From an uncultured Lachnospiraceae bacterium (GTDB lineage Bacteria; Bacillota; Clostridia; Lachnospirales; Lachnospiraceae), in contig CADADA010000012.1 of NCBI GenBank assembly GCA_902786515.1, forward strand, positions 1,454 to 65,453: a stretch of 64,000 nucleotides of DNA, read 5' to 3'. Shown here in pieces: positions 59,031 to 64,000 of the stretch. Under the pieces are notes generated by a model that saw nothing but the letters and a program-made list of their open reading frames with translations, did not search any database and was not told the origin of the DNA. Position 1 is the first letter of the stretch; the number at the start of each line of letters is the position of its first letter. The position numbers and the translations under genes are program-made.

Positions 59031-59311
59031 ATAACTACGACAAAATTCAATTAACTACAGTGGCAAGACACCAGAACGCAATCACAACACATAAAATTCT
59101 TGACATTAAAGATGATCAGTTAATCATTAGGAAAAACTTTAGAAATGAAGAAATATGCAGTATTCCGATTGACATAACGGAAAGCTATGAAGTAGGAGAA
59201 TATGTAGATGTAATAATCATAAATCATAGCAGGACATGCTATTCTACCAAGTTAATAGGGCATACACCGGAGAAATTTATGCCTGCTAATAATGTTGATA
59301 TTGCAAGGTAA
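59027..59311 (+). CDS. Hypothetical 94-aa protein
   Basis: TTG start overlapping the upstream TGA stop. No recognisable motif. Confidence 0.35.
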   Translation: MNNYDKIQLTTVARHQNAITTHKILDIKDDQLIIRKNFRNEEICSIPIDITESYEVGEYVDVIIINHSRTCYSTKLIGHTPEKFMPANNVDIAR

Positions 59312-59510
59312 TCACTCCAAAACCGTTAAATAAGACTCTAAACATAAACATTAGCAGAATTTAATGTCTAATCGATTATAATGTAAATATGTGGCAAATA
59401 GAGCCTTTTAACAGCGGTTTGAACAAGTATTGCACTTGGTGTTAATTCATTGTAATTTGTAATATGGTAGCGGGCATTTATTACGTTTTTTTTGTAACGG
59501 AAATTTATAC

Positions 59511-59640
59511 TTGAAAACGATGTGCCTACATGTTATATTAGAGATGTAAAAGAAACAATCGCCCACAAGATGGGTTGACCAGTGTTTAGATAGAAAATCC
59601 ACCCTTACGCTCGCCAAAGTTTTGGGGTGGTTTTTCTATG
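59511..59640 (+). ncRNA. Candidate ~100-nt antisense/antitoxin sRNA
   Basis: TTGAAA (59511-16), 17-nt spacer, TATATT (59534-39). Ends at the bidirectional terminator CCACCC...GGGGTGG plus T-run (59594-59640). Convergent with the small toxin-like ORF. Confidence 0.3.
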
Positions 59641-59650
59641 TATTAAAATA

Positions 59651-59764
59651 TTAATGACAAATCATATAAATGAATGTCAGTAATGCCAAAATGAACATGC
59701 CGAACTGCATTAAGTCCTTAAAATCAAATAATAAATTCTTATTATTCTTTTTATTGTTGTTCAT
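59651..59764 (-). CDS. Holin-like small hydrophobic peptide (candidate type I toxin)
   Basis: Own translation: MNNNKKNNKNLLFDFKDLMQFGMFILALLTFIYMICH (37 aa). GGGGGTGA RBS 6 nt upstream. The LMxFGMFxxALL core resembles Hol-Tox peptides. Confidence 0.45.
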   Translation of the reverse strand: MNNNKKNNKNLLFDFKDLMQFGMFILALLTFIYMICH

Positions 59765-59871
59765 CAGCATCACCCCCATTCTGTTAAAGAATAGAGGTCA
59801 ACACCACCCTGCAACACGATTGTTTCATGTTGGTATTCTAACATATAATTTTCTGTAATACAATTTCTTTT

Positions 59872-60549
59872 TTATAATTCTTTTAGTTCTCGTTTATATT
59901 TGTAAAATGTGTTTCTTGCAAGACAAATCAATTTCATACATTCGTTATCTGATAAATTACCGTTAAAATCTTTGCTATGTTTTAATATCTGTTTTTTTGC
60001 TTCTATAGATTTTTTGGTAGTCAGCTTGGCACCTTGTTTTTGTCCGATTTGTTTACCGTTCAATCGTGCTGTTTCTATACCCTCTTTTGTGTGTTGGTGT
60101 AAGTCCTGTACTTCCTTTTCTGATTGTTCAAAGGCAAGTCTTATCTGCTCTTTTGCAAGTGCCATAAGATATTTATTGACACCTTCCAAGATATAGTCTA
60201 CGTTTGTTCCTGTCAGTGCTACGTTATTCTGTAACGCTTTTTTATATGTGTTTGTGTTAATATGTGGCTCTTTTAAAAATACAAGTTCAATACCTTTATT
60301 ATATAATTCTTCATATAAATTAAAACCTTCTTCTGCATTTCTGCTCATTCGAGACACACTGTCAAATATAATTGTATCACCGACTTTTACTTTTTTATAT
60401 AATTTATTCCATTCTGGTCTGTCATGCTTTGTTCCGGTATAAACTTCTGTTACAATAACCGCATTATTATAGTTTGTTTTTATATTTCTAATCTGTCTTT
60501 CGATGCTCTGTTGTTTAGTACTTATTCTGCAATATCCATATATACACAT
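59872..60549 (-). CDS. Small serine recombinase (resolvase/invertase family)
   Basis: MCIYGYCRISTKQQSIERQ (catalytic Ser), FDSVSRMSRN and a C-terminal HTH. The ATG at 60549 lies 6 nt after GGAGGTGA. Confidence 0.88.
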   Translation of the reverse strand: MCIYGYCRISTKQQSIERQIRNIKTNYNNAVIVTEVYTGTKHDRPEWNKLYKKVKVGDTIIFDSVSRMSRNAEEGFNLYEELYNKGIELVFLKEPHINTNTYKKALQNNVALTGTNVDYILEGVNKYLMALAKEQIRLAFEQSEKEVQDLHQHTKEGIETARLNGKQIGQKQGAKLTTKKSIEAKKQILKHSKDFNGNLSDNECMKLICLARNTFYKYKRELKEL

Positions 60550-60578
60550 ATGCAATCACCTCCTTAATTGTATTAATT

Positions 60579-61310
60579 TTAATGTTCTTCAAAATCAATA
60601 TCGCTCCATTGCAAGCCAAGACATTCGCCAGACCTCATAACAGTGTAAATCAATACCAAAACGATTGTATTGAGGGGAGAATACTCCGTAAACAGATTTA
60701 AGAAGTCTGGTAATTCCTCTGCGGTAATATACATCTGCTTCTTTTCTTCTAATGGATTCTTTTTGGGCAATAGTACATTTTTGCAAGGAGTCTCCTTGAT
60801 ACAACCTTGTGTAACTGCAAATTTGAACAGACTTTGCAGAATACAATATATTCTTTTGGCATTGGCAGGAGATAATTTTTTCATTTCTCCCTTTATCATG
60901 GGTTCATGGGTGGCAAAGAAATGGCTGATAGAAGCGGTGGTTATATCTTTCAGCTTTTTGTTGCCGAAATATTCCATGAAATGATAATTGATATGCTGTT
61001 CATAGTGGTATGCTGTTATAGGTTTTAAACTATTCGGTGCATACAGTCTGAAATATTCCTCGACAAGTTTTGAAAAACGCATATTTTCTTTGAGATTAAA
61101 TAATCCCTTACAACGATTTGAAAAAATGACATATTCCTCTTTTGCAAGTTTGTCCGCTTTTCTCTGCGTCAATCCTGCTAGTGGTACAAATGTTGTGGTC
61201 TTTCTGATTTGTTTACCCTCAACATCATAACCAAGATAGACCGTAAATCGGTAGGTCTTACCTCTTTGAATAATACCTGTGTCAACCTTTCTGATTTCTT
61301 CGTTTGCCAT
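60579..61310 (-). pseudogene. int: Truncated tyrosine integrase (N-terminal arm-binding and core-binding domains only)
   Basis: 243 aa ending ...YTVMRSGECLGLQWSDIDFEEH*. That is just after the first catalytic Arg, and the HxxR/His/Tyr part is absent. The resolvase gene starts 30 bp beyond the stop. Confidence 0.75.
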
Positions 61311-61396
61311 AATGTTAGCTCCTTTCGCTGATGTGATTTGTATAGTATAATAAAGAAAAGACGCTGACCGTTTATTAGTCAGCGACTTTCTTCATT

Positions 61397-61582
61397 TCAT
61401 TGAATACTGTTTAGATAGTCTATGAATCGGTCATAATTGATTAGATATTTTGTGCCCGACTTAATAAAGACAATTTGTTTGGTTAAGCATAGTCGCCGTA
61501 TAGCGTATTCTGAAATACTTGTAAGCCTTGATAATTCTTTGATTGTTACCATACGTGGTGCAGTCGGGAGTATGTTATCCAT
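61397..61582 (-). CDS. xis: Excisionase-family DNA-binding protein
   Basis: MDNILPTAPRMVTIKELSRLTSISEYAIRRLCLTKQIVFIKSGTKYLINYDRFIDYL. The ATG at 61582 follows GAGAGGAG. The longer track ORF (to 61858) overlaps the upstream gene. Confidence 0.75.
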   Translation of the reverse strand: MDNILPTAPRMVTIKELSRLTSISEYAIRRLCLTKQIVFIKSGTKYLINYDRFIDYLNSIQ

Positions 61583-61781
61583 TGTCCTGCTCCTCTCTTT
61601 TATTTGGCGGCAAAGATTTATTACAAGTTGATATAAAATCATGTCAAGAATCTTTATCATTCTGCATATTGCCGTAGGAATCCAGTGTAAAATATCTTTA
61701 CAACCGTTCTTCATATTTCCTTTTGGTTTCTTGTCAAGAATATTGACACATATACTATATATAGCCATGTATGGCGTTTTT

Positions 61782-62132
61782 TTAGAGCGTCTTCCAACGG
61801 TCAGAAAACATATAAATATTTGCTTTACGTAGGTTTTTGTTGTTCTGAACAATGTCAATGAATCCGTGTTCTATGAGTTCATTACGGGCTTTGTAAAAAG
61901 TTGGCTTACTCATAAATGAACGGTATTTTGTATGAGGAAATTTGAAACTTTTCTTTCCTGCCGATTCGATTCTCATATAGCAGTAGACCTTAAACGCACT
62001 GGAAGAAAGTGTCCTCATTGTTTCGGATGCCATTATGGACGCACCTAATCTGAAATAGCGTTTTTCTGTACCGTCATTGTTTTTGGTTTCCCACGGCTGA
62101 AACGGGGTAAGCTTTCTTCTCGGCATAATCAT
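61782..62132 (-). CDS. Winged-helix-like DNA-binding hypothetical protein
   Basis: 116 aa with ...AFKVYCYMRIESAGKKSFKFPHTKYRSFMSKPTFYKARNELIEHGFIDIV. Confidence 0.5.
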   Translation of the reverse strand: MIMPRRKLTPFQPWETKNNDGTEKRYFRLGASIMASETMRTLSSSAFKVYCYMRIESAGKKSFKFPHTKYRSFMSKPTFYKARNELIEHGFIDIVQNNKNLRKANIYMFSDRWKTL

Positions 62133-62469
62133 TATCTCCCTGATTACCCTACGGTAAAATGATTTTGTATCGGGTATATACTTTTTTGCAAATACACCGT
62201 TTTCAAAAGCACAAAATGACTTGGATATACAGCGAATATCTCTAAAGAACGCATTTAATCATTTCTGGGGGTAGCGTTAAATGTAATGGGCGCGATTACC
62301 GTAACTTTGCTTTTATGTACTTTAGATAATGCCATAACTAAAAATCAGAGGACGCTATATCTCACAACGCCCTCTGAATGTTATTAGTAACATACCGCTA
62401 CATTTAGACCAAAATGACCTGGTTTTTTGGCTTTTAAGGTAGGTGGTCTACCCGACAAACTTGAGGTTG

Positions 62470-62976
62470 TCACTGTCTTTTAAGTAAACGCTGCTTAAAA
62501 GCCCTTATTCTTTGTCCATAACGACTTGTAAAGACAATACCACATAAAACCATTCCGATTGCGGCACCTTCGGCGAAATCCGAGACTGCATTTAGAACTG
62601 CATTATTACTTAGTTCCGTATGGCTAATCAAACTTGCCACAAACCAAAAGATTGCCCCTGCCAGTAAAAGTAAGTGCACACGCTTCGTATATTGTTCTGT
62701 TCCCATATTCATGTACTCTGCCGCTTTTAATACTGTTTCCTTTGCTTCTTTATCCATATTCTCGATCTTCCTTTCTCCATCAATGAGTTCTCGAATATCT
62801 ACCTCATAGAAATCTGCAAGCCCAATAAGAATATCCACATCCGGCATATTGTTTCCGTTTTCCCATCGTGAAACAGTTCGGGAAGAAACACAGAAATGCT
62901 CTGCCAATTGTTCTTGAGTCAACCCTTTGTCCTTGCGAAGGCATTTAAGAAATTTACCTATTTTTTGCTGGTCCAT
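62470..62976 (-). CDS. XRE-family regulator with C-terminal transmembrane segments
   Basis: MDQQKIGKFLKCLRKDKGLTQEQLAEHFCVSSRTVSRWENGNNMPD, then two hydrophobic helices. The ATG at 62976 follows AGGAGG. Confidence 0.8.
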   Translation of the reverse strand: MDQQKIGKFLKCLRKDKGLTQEQLAEHFCVSSRTVSRWENGNNMPDVDILIGLADFYEVDIRELIDGERKIENMDKEAKETVLKAAEYMNMGTEQYTKRVHLLLLAGAIFWFVASLISHTELSNNAVLNAVSDFAEGAAIGMVLCGIVFTSRYGQRIRAFKQRLLKRQ

Positions 62977-63182
62977 CCACAATCCTCCTTTCGCAAAAAT
63001 CATAACAGAGCCTCGTAATAAATGCCACGACACAAAACGAGAATTGCCACAATTTAAGGGAAGACACTTCATGTCTACCGAAATTTTATTGGCAAATACC
63101 GATTTGTAAAATCATTATATAGGTATATCGGCTCATTAAAAACCGATATTTAGACCTAATGATTGTAATTTATCTGAATGTT

Positions 63183-63470
63183 TCAAAAAGCCAAAACACC
63201 GATACATTCTGTCATAATCAAGGCATTTCCAGTCCTCTGTGCCATAAAGCAAAACCAACAGACGATAAAAGAAATCATTACAATAGGATTGCAGGTACAA
63301 AGATAATCGTGGCAATGCCCACAAGGACTATTATACTCACTGACTGGCTTTCCGTTCATCATACACATATAATCACTTCCTCTCTCTAATCTAATGAATA
63401 CTGATAAGACATGTTTCTGACCGTTTCGCAACCGTATTTTTCTCTGATATGGGATAACGGTACTTCTCAT
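63183..63470 (-). CDS. Cys-rich hypothetical ORF
   Basis: 95-aa track ORF that overlaps the stop of the upstream gene. Contains CGHCHDYLCTC. Coding status is uncertain. Confidence 0.3.
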   Translation of the reverse strand: MRSTVIPYQRKIRLRNGQKHVLSVFIRLERGSDYMCMMNGKPVSEYNSPCGHCHDYLCTCNPIVMISFIVCWFCFMAQRTGNALIMTECIGVLAF

Positions 63471-63847
63471 TTGTGGTGTCTGTGGTATGGTTCACTGTGC
63501 CACGTCCACGCCTTTTTCTTTGGTGCAAAAGCACCCCCAAAACTTTTTAACTGCTCCCGATATGGATAAGAATTAAAGCACCATATCCAACTGCCGATAA
63601 TCTGAATATCCATGTTATAGGCACTGATAGCGTTCAGAATGGCTCTAAATTGCTCGTCCTCTTCTTTGGTATAGGTTTTCTCGTCTGTGTTTTCTGAACG
63701 GCTTAAAACGGAAAATAAGCGGTCATATTCTGCATTGATTTCCTGCATAACAGAAAAGTCACCGTCATTGTCGGGGTGATGCTTCTTCAATAGTTCTCGA
63801 TAATGTTTCCATAGTTCCTCGATTGTGTTCACTCCTGCAAAATACAT
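63467..63847 (-). CDS. J-domain-like small protein
   Basis: LWKHYRELLKKHHPDNDGD (HPD motif) plus a Trp-rich C-terminus. Confidence 0.6.
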   Translation of the reverse strand: MYFAGVNTIEELWKHYRELLKKHHPDNDGDFSVMQEINAEYDRLFSVLSRSENTDEKTYTKEEDEQFRAILNAISAYNMDIQIIGSWIWCFNSYPYREQLKSFGGAFAPKKKAWTWHSEPYHRHHK

Positions 63848-64000
63848 AGTTTCTGCTACTTTCTTTGGCTCTTGATTTATGGCAACAAAATAAGCCTTTT
63901 AGCGTCTTGCTTAGGACGATTACAAACCACGCATATAGAGGGAGGGCACTGAAAAAGTAGATAATACTGCCTAAATTTGATATAATATAAATATCAAATT

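Larger units (their letters stand above)
60579..64000 (-). mobile_element. End of a Tn916-like conjugative transposon or ICE remnant (continues past the window)
   Basis: Read on the minus strand: J-domain-like protein, Cys-rich ORF, XRE regulator with TM tail, winged-helix-like protein, excisionase, (truncated) integrase. Confidence 0.55.

Noticed and set aside
59670-59858. 62-aa plus-strand ORF
   Set aside because: It is antisense to the better-supported 37-aa holin-like peptide ORF, has no RBS, and its sequence is low-complexity.
61583-61858. N-terminal extension of the excisionase ORF (153-aa track ORF)
   Set aside because: The extension overlaps the 3' end of the upstream wHTH gene (61782-62132) and has odd composition. 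A good RBS (GAGAGGAG) precedes the internal ATG at 61582, which gives a typical ~61-aa Xis.
62977-63072. Upstream extension of the XRE-TM regulator ORF
   Set aside because: An AGGAGG RBS precedes the internal ATG at 62976, which begins directly with the HTH domain.
1-64000. Search by eye for tRNA, rRNA, tmRNA, CRISPR repeats, reverse transcriptase or retron-like genes
   Set aside because: I saw no cloverleaf-type conserved T-loop/acceptor contexts, no rRNA-like stretches, no spaced repeats and no RT motifs. This is a visual scan only. tRNAscan-SE and Infernal should confirm it.

Overview
This is a chromosomal window from a low-GC Firmicutes/Clostridia-type genome. That placement is an inference from gene order, GGAGG ribosome-binding sites (RBS) and T-box usage. 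No database search was possible, so all calls rest on motifs I recognise in the supplied translations and on my own reading of the DNA.

Core content:
- A giant secreted beta-helix/Ig-like surface protein (2.9-9.4 kb).
- A T-box-controlled aspS-gatCAB operon (9.5-15 kb).
- An ABC-2 exporter, a Dus-family enzyme and a SAM methyltransferase (22.4-27.5 kb).
- The complete S10-spc-alpha ribosomal protein cluster, followed by ecfA1A2T-truA-rplM-rpsI (27.9-48.5 kb).

Accessory content:
- An AT-rich four-gene secreted-protein/cysteine-peptidase islet (17.3-20.8 kb) behind a promoter whose spacer is a TA repeat.
- Several structured intergenic insertions.
- A mobile-element pile-up downstream of rpsI. 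It starts with a ~10.1-kb integrative mobilizable element (IME) bounded by a 12-bp direct repeat at the rpsI stop codon. The IME carries an AbiL-like AAA-ATPase/RloB defence pair and a nucleoside-phosphorylase gene translationally coupled to an ANT(6) nucleotidyltransferase gene.
- Next comes a small module with a ribbon-helix-helix (RHH) gene, a candidate type I toxin-antitoxin locus and a serine recombinase. This module abuts a truncated integrase of a Tn916-like conjugative-transposon end that runs off the window.

No rRNA, tRNA or CRISPR array was found by eye.

The best candidates for undescribed biology are the phosphorylase-ANT(6) pair beside the AbiL-like system, the AT-rich secreted islet, and the hairpin-rich intergenic inserts.
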